The notes: generated by a model not told the origin, from the letters alone. 64,000 bases of DNA from Nanobdellota archaeon (GCA_022565615.1 JAIUMM010000004.1:622-64621); one strand, 5' to 3'. Shown: positions 11,301 through 21,507, counted from the stretch's first letter. Numbers and translations: made by a program.

Positions 11301-14300
11301 AAGTAAATCAAATAACACAATTGTCTTAGATTCTTTTTCATAACCATCTCTACTCAAAGAACAAGTAACCTCTGAGACCAATGAGTTATTATTTCCTCTC
11401 TGAGCAATTAACTTGCCTCCTTCAACTCTTACTAAAACTTGAGGATTACTTGAACTACAAGCAATTTGTGAACTTATATCAATCATATTATAAACTCCTG
11501 TAACTTTTCCTAAAACTTGTTGATTCTGTGCCCCTGATAAGATAGAAGGTGTTTGTAAAACAAGTGATTGAGGATTATAAATTCTATCAAATGAAATACT
11601 AATTGTATTATTTCTAGAATTTCCATTTAAAGAATCAATTACACTACAATGAACAGATGTAGATATTGAGGAATTAACTACTCTATCAATTCTAAGTTCA
11701 CCATTATTTAATACTACATCAATATCTAAAGAACTAGAAACACATACTATAGAATTTGTTAAATTTTGACCTCTATAATTTTTTGCACTAATTCCAACTG
11801 GTCCAATTGATTCAACATCACCTCCACTTAAAAGAGTAGGTGTATTTAAAATAAGTAATTCATCTTCTGAAATCTCTCTAAAATATCCACTAATTACACT
11901 TGAAGCTGAAATACTTTGATAAGACACATCACAATCCAAATTAACAACAACTGAATTAGTTGTACTTCTTGAAATTTCTAAGACACCATTATTTAATAAA
12001 AAATTAAAATTCTCAACCTCATCAAACCTATTACAACTAATTAAATGAGATATATTATTTACTACTGGATCTCCTGTTCCTGTATTTGAAATATAAAATG
12101 CTTCTACATTTAAATCATATCTCATTGAAGTTCCAAAATCAATAATTCCTTTTGGAAATCTTAACTGAATAGTATTATATGCAATTATAACTTCTTCTCC
12201 TCCTGAATCATAAAATCTTGGAACTAAGTCTCTTCCAACATAATTACTTCTATCTAATTCACACACAAAAAATCTCTCTTCAACATTACAATTAACTCCA
12301 TTCATAGTAACAATTGCAATCTCTTCATTCCCTAAAACTCTTCCTTGTACAACAACTTTTTGTTGATTAGGACTTACATATTGTTTTAAACCTCTATAAA
12401 AAATTTCTCCTCCATCAGGATTTTGAATTGTTGGATAATTACTAAATGAAAATTTTTGATTAATTGGTGTATTTAAACTAATACTATCTCTATTTGAAGA
12501 ATCATAAATTGAAATAGTACTTCTACTTAAACCTTCTAAATATAGAGGACTTAAATGAACATTTGTATTAGCTAACGTCCCAGTTAAACCAGAATTATCC
12601 TTATTATTAAATATCGAATCAAAGAAATGATAATTTCTATTTGAAATTAATTTAAAAGTAGAATATAAATTTGAACTTCCAACTCTATCAATTCTAACAT
12701 TTGTGTTTGAATTAGATGTTACTTGAAATGTATAAGAATTGCCAGATAAATCTAAATAATTAACATTAGCACTATTTCTATCATTTAAATTAATAAATGC
12801 ATAATTACCATTTACTCTTAAATTAACTCCACTTGGAACACTTAGCGTTGAATAATCAACATAATTTGATAACAACTCCACAATAACTAAATTATCTAAA
12901 TCTACATTTTTAGCAATAACTCTATGGGTCTTTGAAGAATCTGTTATTTTTTCAATAGGATAAATTTCATATTTAAATTCAGGTTGTAATGCAATACTTG
13001 GATTGTCAAATGAATCATATAAATTAAAGTTCAATTCTAACTGAGTTAAATTATTTAAGTTTTTAACATCTAATTCTAAAATTAATTCATTATTTGAGTT
13101 AATTGTATAAGATTCTATTAATATATTATCAAGTTTTAAAACTCCTGTTGAAATTGGTAAATTCTCACCCATTGGATTTTTATTAGTAAATTTAAATCTT
13201 AATGTAGAAGTATCTGAGCTAACATAAACTCTATTTCCAATTTTTTTCCCACCACTTAAAACTTCAACATTTAAATTTGGAGATGATAAAGTTCCTTGAA
13301 TTAATTCAATATTTTTTGAAACAGAAGAACTTCTTCCTTCAATATCTCTAATAGATGCTACAATTCTAGGATTACTTTGAACAACATGAGGAACATTAAA
13401 TTCTAAGTAAGACACCCTATTATTTAATGAAACTCTAGTTGCATCTTCATACGAGTATGAACTCCCTCCTACTTCTAAAATAAATGAATTTAAATCTACT
13501 CTTGTATCATCTTTTAATAAGATTCCAATTTTTGAATCTCTAAAAAGAATTTCTGATGCTAAAATTTCAATTTCAGGAGCTTCATTATCTAGTAAAATAT
13601 ATTGACTCTCATACACACCTGGGAGCATTAATTCAATTAAAAATAAATTTCTATCTAAATTAGTAACCGTAGGTTCTAAATTAACTCTTTGGGTCTCTTC
13701 TCCTTGAACAATTAATTTTGAAACTAATTTTTCATTTGTCAGTGTGTTAATATCTAAAGTTTTAAGTTGACTTTTATCAGAAAAACTCAATAAAGTTTGT
13801 GGATTTGCATGAGAATAAATAGTATTAAAATTTCTACAAACTTGATTAGTTCCAACAACACATAAATTATCTTCCCCTTCATTTAAAAGAACATAAGTTT
13901 GAAACACACCATCAACTACAGGAATGGGAACACCTTGTATAAATACAACATTTCCTTCAGTTGCAGTTCCGGAAATATGATAATGAGGAGTAAAAGTAGT
14001 TATTCTAGAAGGAGTTTGAGAAGTTAGAGGATTATCTGAAATAAAGTTTACAGATCCGACTCTTGCTACATTTACAAAAGAAAAAGCATTATCTTGAATC
14101 TCTTGAGAATAAAAAATATATTTAAATTTTGAAGAATCCATATTTGAACCACTCCTTGAGATTCTATGAATTAATTCAATTCTATTTACTTGAGATTTTT
14201 GAAGTGATATACTAAAACTCCCATCTGAAGAAACCATAACTGAATTTTTAACACCATTTACAAAAGCAACAACCTCTCCTTCTAGAATTGGGTTATTAAT

Positions 14301-14738
14301 AAAACCTTCAATTACAAATCTTTGAGAGTTTGATTCATCTTCTTCAATAGAAGTTACTACAGGTGGAAGAGGAATTGAATTATCATATAAAATATTATAG
14401 TTTTTTGAAAGTGTTGAAATTCCATCTTCTAAAACAACATTCAAATTTAATTTATATACACCAAACTCATCAAATACTCTTTTTTGAAAAAATATAGCTT
14501 CCATAGAAGATGAAGATTCTTCAAGAAACTCTAATTTAGAAGATTCTCCACTTGGAAATTGAATTGAGGCAGAAATTTCTTGATACTCAGAAATTTGTGA
14601 AATATCAATTGAAATAATATTTGAACCTTGACTTGTAATAAAATCACAAGAACTATGATCTTCCATATATACACAACCATACGAAGTTGTGAATAATGCT
14701 AAAATAATTACTAATACACCAATTAATTTATAATTCAT
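8301..14738 (-). CDS. Giant secreted surface protein (2145 aa) with Ig-like domains and 12 tandem two-cysteine ~95-100 aa repeats
   Basis: Signal peptide; beta-rich S/N/I composition; repeats each carrying two Cys, a conserved Arg and a terminal F-D/E. Confidence 0.8.
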   Translation of the reverse strand: MNYKLIGVLVIILALFTTSYGCVYMEDHSSCDFITSQGSNIISIDISQISEYQEISASIQFPSGESSKLEFLEESSSSMEAIFFQKRVFDEFGVYKLNLNVVLEDGISTLSKNYNILYDNSIPLPPVVTSIEEDESNSQRFVIEGFINNPILEGEVVAFVNGVKNSVMVSSDGSFSISLQKSQVNRIELIHRISRSGSNMDSSKFKYIFYSQEIQDNAFSFVNVARVGSVNFISDNPLTSQTPSRITTFTPHYHISGTATEGNVVFIQGVPIPVVDGVFQTYVLLNEGEDNLCVVGTNQVCRNFNTIYSHANPQTLLSFSDKSQLKTLDINTLTNEKLVSKLIVQGEETQRVNLEPTVTNLDRNLFLIELMLPGVYESQYILLDNEAPEIEILASEILFRDSKIGILLKDDTRVDLNSFILEVGGSSYSYEDATRVSLNNRVSYLEFNVPHVVQSNPRIVASIRDIEGRSSSVSKNIELIQGTLSSPNLNVEVLSGGKKIGNRVYVSSDTSTLRFKFTNKNPMGENLPISTGVLKLDNILIESYTINSNNELILELDVKNLNNLTQLELNFNLYDSFDNPSIALQPEFKYEIYPIEKITDSSKTHRVIAKNVDLDNLVIVELLSNYVDYSTLSVPSGVNLRVNGNYAFINLNDRNSANVNYLDLSGNSYTFQVTSNSNTNVRIDRVGSSNLYSTFKLISNRNYHFFDSIFNNKDNSGLTGTLANTNVHLSPLYLEGLSRSTISIYDSSNRDSISLNTPINQKFSFSNYPTIQNPDGGEIFYRGLKQYVSPNQQKVVVQGRVLGNEEIAIVTMNGVNCNVEERFFVCELDRSNYVGRDLVPRFYDSGGEEVIIAYNTIQLRFPKGIIDFGTSMRYDLNVEAFYISNTGTGDPVVNNISHLISCNRFDEVENFNFLLNNGVLEISRSTTNSVVVNLDCDVSYQSISASSVISGYFREISEDELLILNTPTLLSGGDVESIGPVGISAKNYRGQNLTNSIVCVSSSLDIDVVLNNGELRIDRVVNSSISTSVHCSVIDSLNGNSRNNTISISFDRIYNPQSLVLQTPSILSGAQNQQVLGKVTGVYNMIDISSQIACSSSNPQVLVRVEGGKLIAQRGNNNSLVSEVTCSLSRDGYEKESKTIVLFDLLDSFTPSYELYLDVPNYLNGAESQKVQDLVGASDSQGNDLTNSIICQRMSLSENIHVSQSNSPLIVERLHSGSIDTFIQCSVSNNGLRVERFIQIMFERIESREGELSIYAQSPLNGRENSKVIGSIEGRLDGDLILTSTITCNNVDSSLYDYTIDGTTNTIEITRNVPSIINSNLECSLSKIDGSETKSVSIRVLFDAQQGENPVRINFNPSTLNTNEMLISTKITATRGSVNVLDEVSCRVSDEFRTRLNVDLVDSSLIISRNNGEKVENGVIICSHTPTGRDIKTLSVNFLENLIPMNHLHLNTPLMLSGAKNQEIIGEISAVYNDNLVSHLVSCTSTNNNIRVINTNNNVMVQRQSNSEINSVVNCGVSVGGLTNSSSILVTFDRINEYDSSYELFLEVPTFLSGGDGDRVQSLISASNSDGTNLTSSVSCQITDSNSKVRVVSENSPLIIQRDSEDSIHSVVRCSISDNGFMEVKYVQISFDKIEQESTSSLSITAQSPLFGGMNSQVIGEIRALLNEVTDVTNNIVCTTSDSSLYRHEISPSSNRLIITRLTTELIESSLRCSISDLGGENLQIKNIDIFFENSNPTPINPVLIEVSPTSLISQTYSVKTQISAFRGTQNVLQEISCSPSSSIQDLVLSRIDIENSELIVTRTTNEALKGSIICSSSSQSDSIIIPLEFLEIDMMSIITLRVPNKLDLGTSVYTTQEISAFENSVPISNEIICQSSSSSISLEASHLGSTSQLNIQRLSNDSIRSVVTCNVRGISKSFEVLFDETRGDIMSSLFVNFPGEVQNLGQSSGATFYINAQSIEGVDVTNRVVCESLNSRIKISPALPQTLNLEGKLQVSRISNESISGNINCMVSDGVNEESKRILINFDKITLNKTIDDPESLKLRIDTQRSNLITNNEPYSFSSGNLVFTLEPEVVGSYRLYMNGELVKTVTYPTLEITLSQEDYLNLGLSGEFEVEARDNVGSSNSIRMRFIRTLGAIVTIIVS
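8650..12170 (-). repeat. Intragenic tandem protein repeat array (12 units, with a 4-unit superduplication)
   Basis: Unit starts: IQLRFP, LILNTP, LVLQTP, YELYLDVP, LSIYAQSP, NPVRINFNP, LHLNTP, YELFLEVP, LSITAQSP, NPVLIEVSP, ITLRVP, LFVNFP. Boundaries are approximate. Confidence 0.8.
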
Positions 14739-14916
14739 ACCATAAAATTAATTTAAATTATTAAATATATTTATAATTGTAATAAAGTAGTAAAAAATAG
14801 TAAATACTCCTAAAGCAATTAAATAAATAGCAAGATAAGCCAATAAAATATATTTAAAATAAACGAGAGTCAAAAGAACAAGTTTTCATTTTATTCAAAC
14901 TCTTAAAAATATATTC

Positions 14917-14955
14917 AAGCAATGAAATTGCTTAAAAAGAAAAAAAAGAAAAAAG
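14917..14955 (-). terminator. Putative terminator after atpB (oligo-T tract plus short hairpin)
   Basis: On the minus strand a ~20 nt T-rich tract follows the stop directly, then the inverted repeat AAGCAAT-TTC-ATTGCTT (14917-14933). Confidence 0.5.
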
Positions 14956-14956
14956 A

Positions 14957-16321
14957 TTAGTAATACTTCTCCTTCAAATCTCCACTGATTTTTGTGAGTT
15001 CTTCTTGAGGAATAAGTCTTAAACACTCCCAAGCAATACTTAAAGTTTGTTCAATACTTCTATTCTCATCCATTCTTTGTTGTAAAAACTTATCTTCAAA
15101 TGCTTTTGCAAAAGCTAATTTTCTTTTATCTCTCTCACTTAACGCTTCTTCTCCTACAATTGCAACTAATCCTCTTAAATCTCTTCCTTCAGCATATAGT
15201 GCAAACATCTGGTCGGCTACTTTTGGATGATCTTCTCTAGTTTTTCCTGCTCCAATTCCTTCTTTCATTAATCTTGAAAGAGAAGGGAGTACATCAATTG
15301 AAGGGTAAATCATTTGTCTGTGTAACTCTCTTCCAAATTGAATTTGTCCCTCTGTAATATATCCAGTTAAATCTGGAATTGGGTGAGTTTTATCATCCCC
15401 AGGCATTGTTAAAATTGGAAGTTGTGTAATTGAACCTTTTTGTCCTCTAATTGCTCCTGCTCTTTCATAAATCTCTGCTAAATCTGTATACATATAACCT
15501 GGATAACCTCTTCTTCCTGGAATTTCTTCTCTTGCTGCACCAATTTCCCTTAAAGCTTCACAATAATTAGTCATATCTGTTAAAATAACTAAAACATGAT
15601 ACCCTTTTTCAAATGCAAAATATTCAGCTGTAGTTAAAGCCATTCTTGGAGTAATAATTCTCTCAACACTAGGGTCATCAGCTTGATTAATAAATAATAC
15701 AGCATTTTGCATAGCTCCACTCTCTTCTAAAGATTTTTGAAATTTATGAGACTCTTCATTAGTAATTCCCATTGCTGCAAACACTACTAAAAACTCTTCA
15801 TCATCACCAAGTACTTTAGCTTGACGTGCAATTTGAAGAGCCAAATCATTATGTGGAAGTCCTGATGCTGAAAAAATTGGTAACTTTTGACCTCTTACTA
15901 ATGTAGCCATTGTATCAATTGCTGAAATTCCCGTTTGAATAAAATTTGAAGGAAACTCTCTTGAATAAGGATTAATTGCTGCTCCATTGATATTTCTTTT
16001 CTCACCTTTAATTATACTTCCACCATCTAAAGGCTGAGCTAATCCATTAAAAATTCTACCTTTCATACTCTCATCTACTTGAAGAGTAATAGGCTCAGAT
16101 AAAAATTTCACACTATCTTGCTTACTTACACCAGCAGTCCCACCAAATAATTGCACTACTACTTGAGTATTTGAAGTCTCTAGCACTTGTCCAAATCTTT
16201 TTTTTCCTTGAACCATTACCTCAACTAATTCACCATAACCAACTGGATGTGTTTTCTCTACAAAAATTAAAGGACCAGCAACTCTACTAATTGTTTTATA
16301 CTCTTTTTTTAAATCAACCAT
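14957..16321 (-). CDS. atpB: A/V-type ATP synthase subunit B
   Basis: [66 protein letters not shown]. Confidence 0.97.
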   Translation of the reverse strand: MVDLKKEYKTISRVAGPLIFVEKTHPVGYGELVEVMVQGKKRFGQVLETSNTQVVVQLFGGTAGVSKQDSVKFLSEPITLQVDESMKGRIFNGLAQPLDGGSIIKGEKRNINGAAINPYSREFPSNFIQTGISAIDTMATLVRGQKLPIFSASGLPHNDLALQIARQAKVLGDDEEFLVVFAAMGITNEESHKFQKSLEESGAMQNAVLFINQADDPSVERIITPRMALTTAEYFAFEKGYHVLVILTDMTNYCEALREIGAAREEIPGRRGYPGYMYTDLAEIYERAGAIRGQKGSITQLPILTMPGDDKTHPIPDLTGYITEGQIQFGRELHRQMIYPSIDVLPSLSRLMKEGIGAGKTREDHPKVADQMFALYAEGRDLRGLVAIVGEEALSERDKRKLAFAKAFEDKFLQQRMDENRSIEQTLSIAWECLRLIPQEELTKISGDLKEKYY

Positions 16322-16438
16322 TTCTATACTTGTTAGAAAAAAGAATTTCTTTATAAAATTTTGGACTAAATTGCAAATTCAAATAATTTTCATACTTTCC
16401 ATCAAATATTTAAATGTTCCATTCCTAATAATATTTAG

Positions 16439-17857
16439 ATGTCTAAAATTGAACAATATTTCCAAGATCTAGACTTGAAAGTTGATAAAGCTTACATAGT
16501 TGCAAGAAAAGCCCGTAAAAAAGGAATTGATGCAATTACTGATATTGAAATGCCTCTTGCTCGTGATATTTCTGAGCGTGTAGAAGGACTTATTTCAGTA
16601 GCTGCTCCTCAACTGCTTGGAAGTGGTGTTGCTAAAAGAATTCAAGATTTAGAAAAAGAATATGGAAAACTAGATTGGAGAGTTGGAATGTGTATTTCTT
16701 ATGAAGTGGCTCGTGGAGATTTTTGTAGTTTTAAAGATAAAAAAGAATCACTAGAAATAGGAGTTCGTGTAGGATTTGCATATTTAACACTTGGAGTTGT
16801 ATCTGCTCCTTTAGAAGGATTTATCGGATTTGAAATTAAAAAAAGAAGAGATGGAGATGAATATTTAGCAATGTCATTTGCAGGTCCAATTAGAGCTGCA
16901 GGAGGAACTGCAGGTGCTGTAGTAGTACTTCTTGGAGACTATGTTCGAAAAAAAATGGGATATAAAGAATATGACCCTGATGAAGTTGAACAAAAACGAT
17001 TTCACGCAGAACTTATGGATTATAATGATAGATGTGTAAGACTTCAATATCTTCCAAGTGAAGAAGAAACTGCATTTTTAATTTCAAAAATTCCAGTAGA
17101 ACTTACAGGTGATCCTACTGAGAAAATTGAAGTTAGTAATTATAAAGATTTACCAAGAATTCCAACAAATAGAATTAGAGGTGGAATGTGTTTAGTTTTA
17201 GGAGAATGTTTAATTCAAAAAGCTCCAAAGGTGAATAAGAGAATTGAAGAATGGGGTGAAGATTTTGGAATGGAGCAGTGGCTATTTTTAAAAGAATTTT
17301 TAGACTTACAAAAAAAAATTAAATCTAAAAATTCAAATGAAACAAATTCTTCAGAAAAAAAGGAAAACAAAGAAGAAGAAAACAAAAAACCCAAAGTCCT
17401 TCCTAATTATAAATTTATGGAAGATACAGTTGCTGGAAGACCAATATTTACATTTCCTATGCATAAAGGAGGATTTAGACTCAGATATGGAAGAGCAAGG
17501 ACATCAGGTTTTGCAAGTACTTCAGTTTCAGCTCAAACAATGGAAATATTAGATGACTTTATTGCAGTTGGAACACAATTAAAAATTGAAAGACCTGGAA
17601 AAGCTACAGTTGTAACTCCTTGTGATAGTATTGAACCACCTATTGTAAGACTTAAGAATGGAAATGTACTCAAATTAAAAACAATTAAACAAGCAAGAGA
17701 GCTTAAAGATCAAGTTGATGAGATTATTCATTTAGGTGATATTTTGATAAGTTATGGAGAATTCTCTGAAAACAATCATATTCTTCTTCCAAATGGTTAT
17801 TGTGAAGAAGAATGGGGGCTTGAATTAATTGAAAAATTAAATAATTTAAAAAATTAA
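16439..17857 (+). CDS. polC: DNA polymerase D large subunit DP2, N-terminal half only (split or truncated gene)
   Basis: FAGPIRAAGGTA, TNRIRGGMCLV, GGFRLRYGRARTSG, GTQLKIERPGK, GEFSENNHILLP. Ends at 472 aa, with no Zn modules and no catalytic DGDED motif. Confidence 0.93.
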   Translation: MSKIEQYFQDLDLKVDKAYIVARKARKKGIDAITDIEMPLARDISERVEGLISVAAPQLLGSGVAKRIQDLEKEYGKLDWRVGMCISYEVARGDFCSFKDKKESLEIGVRVGFAYLTLGVVSAPLEGFIGFEIKKRRDGDEYLAMSFAGPIRAAGGTAGAVVVLLGDYVRKKMGYKEYDPDEVEQKRFHAELMDYNDRCVRLQYLPSEEETAFLISKIPVELTGDPTEKIEVSNYKDLPRIPTNRIRGGMCLVLGECLIQKAPKVNKRIEEWGEDFGMEQWLFLKEFLDLQKKIKSKNSNETNSSEKKENKEEENKKPKVLPNYKFMEDTVAGRPIFTFPMHKGGFRLRYGRARTSGFASTSVSAQTMEILDDFIAVGTQLKIERPGKATVVTPCDSIEPPIVRLKNGNVLKLKTIKQARELKDQVDEIIHLGDILISYGEFSENNHILLPNGYCEEEWGLELIEKLNNLKN

Positions 17858-17938
17858 ATTTATTTATTTTAAATTTATAATTTCTATTATTTTATAGTTA
17901 TGACACAATAATTTAAATATAATGAGTTTAAAGTTTAT

Positions 17939-18064
17939 ATGACTAAAAATTTACAACAAGAAGAAATTAAACAAAAGCATGGTATGAATGCAGTATTAGT
18001 AACACTTGCAGTAGGTGCTGTAGTAATAGTTCTCTCCTACTTTATGTTCATATTTTATATGTAA
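17939..18064 (+). CDS. Small single-TM membrane protein (41 aa)
   Basis: Not in ORF track: MTKNLQQEEIKQKHGMNAVLVTLAVGAVVIVLSYFMFIFYM*. Coding-like composition in an otherwise AT-only spacer; TTTAAATA about 20 nt upstream. Confidence 0.6.
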   Translation: MTKNLQQEEIKQKHGMNAVLVTLAVGAVVIVLSYFMFIFYM

Positions 18065-18142
18065 ACTATTTTTATAATAAATTAAATTTTCAAAAAATTA
18101 TTTAATAATAATTATATTTATGAATTAATATATCCTAAATAT

Positions 18143-18319
18143 TTATTCTTCAATTAGCTTTCTCCAATTTTCAGGATCCCCTTTAATTGCACCACATTCA
18201 GGACATGCCCAATCATCAGCAATATCTTCAAACTTAGTTCCAGCATCAATTCCTGAGTCTGAGTCTCCTTCTACTTCATCATAAATGTATCCACAAATTA
18301 AACATTCCCACTTAGCCAT
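18143..18319 (-). CDS. Rubredoxin
   Basis: Not in ORF track: [58 protein letters not shown] (CxxCGYxYD ... W-x-CPxCG). Confidence 0.95.
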   Translation of the reverse strand: MAKWECLICGYIYDEVEGDSDSGIDAGTKFEDIADDWACPECGAIKGDPENWRKLIEE

Positions 18320-18377
18320 GTAAATTATTGATAAATTAAATATTTTTTAAATATTTGTTACTCAAAATAATAAAAAT

Positions 18378-19412
18378 TTAATATCTAAGTAATGCAACAA
18401 CTCCTCCCATCCCTTGCACAATTGAACCATGATGAGAATTAGAACTAATAATTGTAATCTCTCCTCCCATTTGTTCTAGTATTTCAATACTTGAAAAATA
18501 GTTTTCCAAAAATTCATTATAAAAAGAAGAAGTAAGTATAATTTCTTTAACAACCCCTTGACTAATTAAATCAACAATATTCTCAACACCATATGCTACT
18601 TTATTATCAGTTGCAAGAGATTTCAAAAATAGTTCAATCTTCTCACTTGCTCTTTGCTCACTTACATCATCAATAATATTCTTATGTTTTAATTCATCAA
18701 CAATTTTAGATACTGTGGAAACCTCACAATCTAAAGTATCAATAACTACACTTTTAAAACTTGGATACTTCTTCTCACACAATACCTTTAATTGATTTTT
18801 ATAAGTACCAACCCCTGCAAATATTACAAAATTATACTCTTGAAATGAAACATCATCTAAACTATTAATCATCTCCTCCAAATTAGTAGTTTGTTTATGA
18901 GTTGAGAAAAATTTCTTAGAACCAAGTCTTGATTTTTCAAACAATACATCAATTGAAAATAAACTCGCTCTTGCAACAATTAACGAATCAACATCACATA
19001 AAATAATTAAAAATTTATTCTTCATAGAATTTAAAGCAGAATGTAATAACTTTTTTAAAAAATTAGGTCTTTGAAATGAAACATTTGACTCTTTAATTTC
19101 AATAGTGTCTCCAATAGAATATTGTAAAGAATGATGTGAACCTTTTGTAGTAAATTCAGTTTCATTTTCAATAGTTCCTTGAATCCTCAATTCTAAATGT
19201 TCAAATTCTACTTTCTTAACTCGTAATTCAACATAAATAACTTTAGTGACTTGCTTAGTTTTATCATCTCCTATTGCAACTTTTCTTGTAGATTTAGAAC
19301 ATACAATATCATCTTTTAAAATATATTTTGAAAGAACCCATATATCATCAAAGTGTTCAATTAAATAGAAATTAGAATTTTCTTGAGCTTTTAGTAACTT
19401 CATTATATACAT
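18378..19412 (-). CDS. pelA: Pelota/Dom34 ribosome rescue factor
   Basis: DDIWVL...STRKV, LRIQGTI, GSHHSL, VAYG, GMGGVVALLRY. Confidence 0.9.
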   Translation of the reverse strand: MYIMKLLKAQENSNFYLIEHFDDIWVLSKYILKDDIVCSKSTRKVAIGDDKTKQVTKVIYVELRVKKVEFEHLELRIQGTIENETEFTTKGSHHSLQYSIGDTIEIKESNVSFQRPNFLKKLLHSALNSMKNKFLIILCDVDSLIVARASLFSIDVLFEKSRLGSKKFFSTHKQTTNLEEMINSLDDVSFQEYNFVIFAGVGTYKNQLKVLCEKKYPSFKSVVIDTLDCEVSTVSKIVDELKHKNIIDDVSEQRASEKIELFLKSLATDNKVAYGVENIVDLISQGVVKEIILTSSFYNEFLENYFSSIEILEQMGGEITIISSNSHHGSIVQGMGGVVALLRY

Positions 19413-19427
19413 ACAATACTTTAATGT

Positions 19428-21455
19428 TTAAAATAGTTTTTGTTTCAAATTTTCAAGAATTCTTCTATAATACATTGCATATGCAATTAATCCTCCAACA
19501 TAAAAAACTGAAATAAATATAAACGAAATTATTGACTGAATTAATATAAATAGTGAAGTATCATGATTTAATGATAAAATATTTAACTCATTAATTTCAA
19601 GAGCATTTAAATCAAAATTAACATACTTATCCACACTTGAAGAATCAATTTTTAACATAATAAAAATTTCATCAAAATCTTTATTTCTAATCAACTCATT
19701 ATAATTAAAAATTATAACTTCAATTTGAGGATCTAAAACACTTTGACTATTAAAAGAATATTTTGTATAAAAATCATTTTGAACATATAATTTAATTCCA
19801 ACTATATCAAAATTATAATTTTCTAATTGTGAAACACTAAAATAAGTACTCTCCAATAATAATTCAGTACTCCTAATATTTCTAAGTGAGAGATTTTGAA
19901 CACCTTGAGTATTAATTAAATCTGAAATTTCCCTATATTGTGCAGAACTTCTATCTAAATCTAAATGATATTCTAAATATGTATTATCTACATTAGAATA
20001 ATATAATGTTGTAATATAACTCTGAGCAAATACTGTTGAATAAAATAAGAAAAAAACTAATATAATTAAATAATATGAAGAAATCCAAAAAGATTTATAT
20101 TTTTCAAATTTTCTAAATAAATTTATCATTACAAATAATAAAAAAAGCAAAATTCCTAAAAATGGTAACATTATTTGAGCAAGAGTAGTATGTTCTAAAT
20201 TTTCAAAAAAAGATTGACTTTTAAATACTACTCCTTGCATATCTTGAGATGTAGAAACTGAAAATTCGATAGGATTATTTAGTGTATTTGAGAATAACAA
20301 AAAAATTTGTAATAATACCATTGTAATTATAAACATAATTACTTTTTTGGACGGAATATGTATTTTTTTTTGAAGACTTAAAAAAAGAATATAAAATGGC
20401 ATAACTAGTAAGATGAAAAATAAAAATATATATGCCAAATACATAATTGATTCAACTCCTAAAAGCAATACACTTACTATCAATGACGAAGTTAACGATT
20501 CATTATTAAATACATTTTCATATTGATTTTGAATTAATGAATTTTCAAATCCAAATAATGGTTTTAAATCATTATCTCCTCCCAAAACATTATATAAACC
20601 ATTATCAATTCCTGTAGCAAATGGGATTAAATATACTCCTAAATCAACAACTAGATGAATTGAAATTAACAATGCAATTGCTATAAAAAATGTTTTTTTA
20701 TCTTGTAAATATAAAATTAATTGTTTGAAAAAATCATTTCCAGTATTAATAATATCTTTTAAAAATAAATCAACTGATAATTTTTTATCATGTTTAAAGA
20801 TATAAACATATAAATAATATCCAACTCCAATAACAATTAATGCTGCATCAACAGCTAAGGCAAACCATTCCATAAAAAATTTAAAAAATGTAAATATGAA
20901 AAAATAATTAAAACCTAAAATTAACGAAAATTTAAAAATTTCACTAAAATATCCATCAGGATTAATATTAAAGCTTCCAATAAAAGACTCTTTATGAATT
21001 GGTTGCTTCATAAATATATATGCACTCATCAATATAATTAAAATAATACCAATATTTGAAAACCACATAGCATAAGATGCGATAAACAATAAAAAATGTT
21101 CATTTATTAAAAAAGAGAATATGTAATATAACTCAAAATCTACATTTCTTACATAAAAATTTAAAATTGAAGGAAATACAATAAGTCCTGAAGCTATTAA
21201 AATACATACATCATACCATTTATTTTTAAATCCTGTTAAAATTTTAGTTATACTTAAACTCGCAAATAAATAGTAAATTAAAGCCCACGACAATAATTTT
21301 TTAAAAAAATCAACATCTCCCGTATATGAACTAATTAATGAAAAAATATTAAAAAAATCTAAAATATTTAAAATAATAAATGAAATTAATAAAAAGTATA
21401 ATCCTACTTTTTTAATATAATTTAAGGCAAAATAATAATTTAAAACTTGATTCAT
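19428..21455 (-). CDS. Polytopic membrane protein of unknown function
   Basis: About 12 hydrophobic helices with two extracytoplasmic loops. Confidence 0.65.
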   Translation of the reverse strand: MNQVLNYYFALNYIKKVGLYFLLISFIILNILDFFNIFSLISSYTGDVDFFKKLLSWALIYYLFASLSITKILTGFKNKWYDVCILIASGLIVFPSILNFYVRNVDFELYYIFSFLINEHFLLFIASYAMWFSNIGIILIILMSAYIFMKQPIHKESFIGSFNINPDGYFSEIFKFSLILGFNYFFIFTFFKFFMEWFALAVDAALIVIGVGYYLYVYIFKHDKKLSVDLFLKDIINTGNDFFKQLILYLQDKKTFFIAIALLISIHLVVDLGVYLIPFATGIDNGLYNVLGGDNDLKPLFGFENSLIQNQYENVFNNESLTSSLIVSVLLLGVESIMYLAYIFLFFILLVMPFYILFLSLQKKIHIPSKKVIMFIITMVLLQIFLLFSNTLNNPIEFSVSTSQDMQGVVFKSQSFFENLEHTTLAQIMLPFLGILLFLLFVMINLFRKFEKYKSFWISSYYLIILVFFLFYSTVFAQSYITTLYYSNVDNTYLEYHLDLDRSSAQYREISDLINTQGVQNLSLRNIRSTELLLESTYFSVSQLENYNFDIVGIKLYVQNDFYTKYSFNSQSVLDPQIEVIIFNYNELIRNKDFDEIFIMLKIDSSSVDKYVNFDLNALEINELNILSLNHDTSLFILIQSIISFIFISVFYVGGLIAYAMYYRRILENLKQKLF

Positions 21456-21507
21456 TAAAATACAATCAGTATGAACATTTATAAATATTTATTGTCAGTA
21501 TATAAGT

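Noticed and set aside
14748..14889. Possible small hydrophobic ORF on the minus strand between atpB and the giant protein (LTLVYFKYILLAYLAIYLIALGVFTIFYY...)
   Set aside because: No in-frame ATG (needs a TTG start or a frameshift), and T-rich DNA yields hydrophobic translations by chance
17858..18140. Frameshifted or intein-split continuation of DP2
   Set aside because: Downstream sequence is an AT-rich spacer with stops and an unrelated small ORF; no DP2-like residues and no intein N-terminal motif at the end of the fragment
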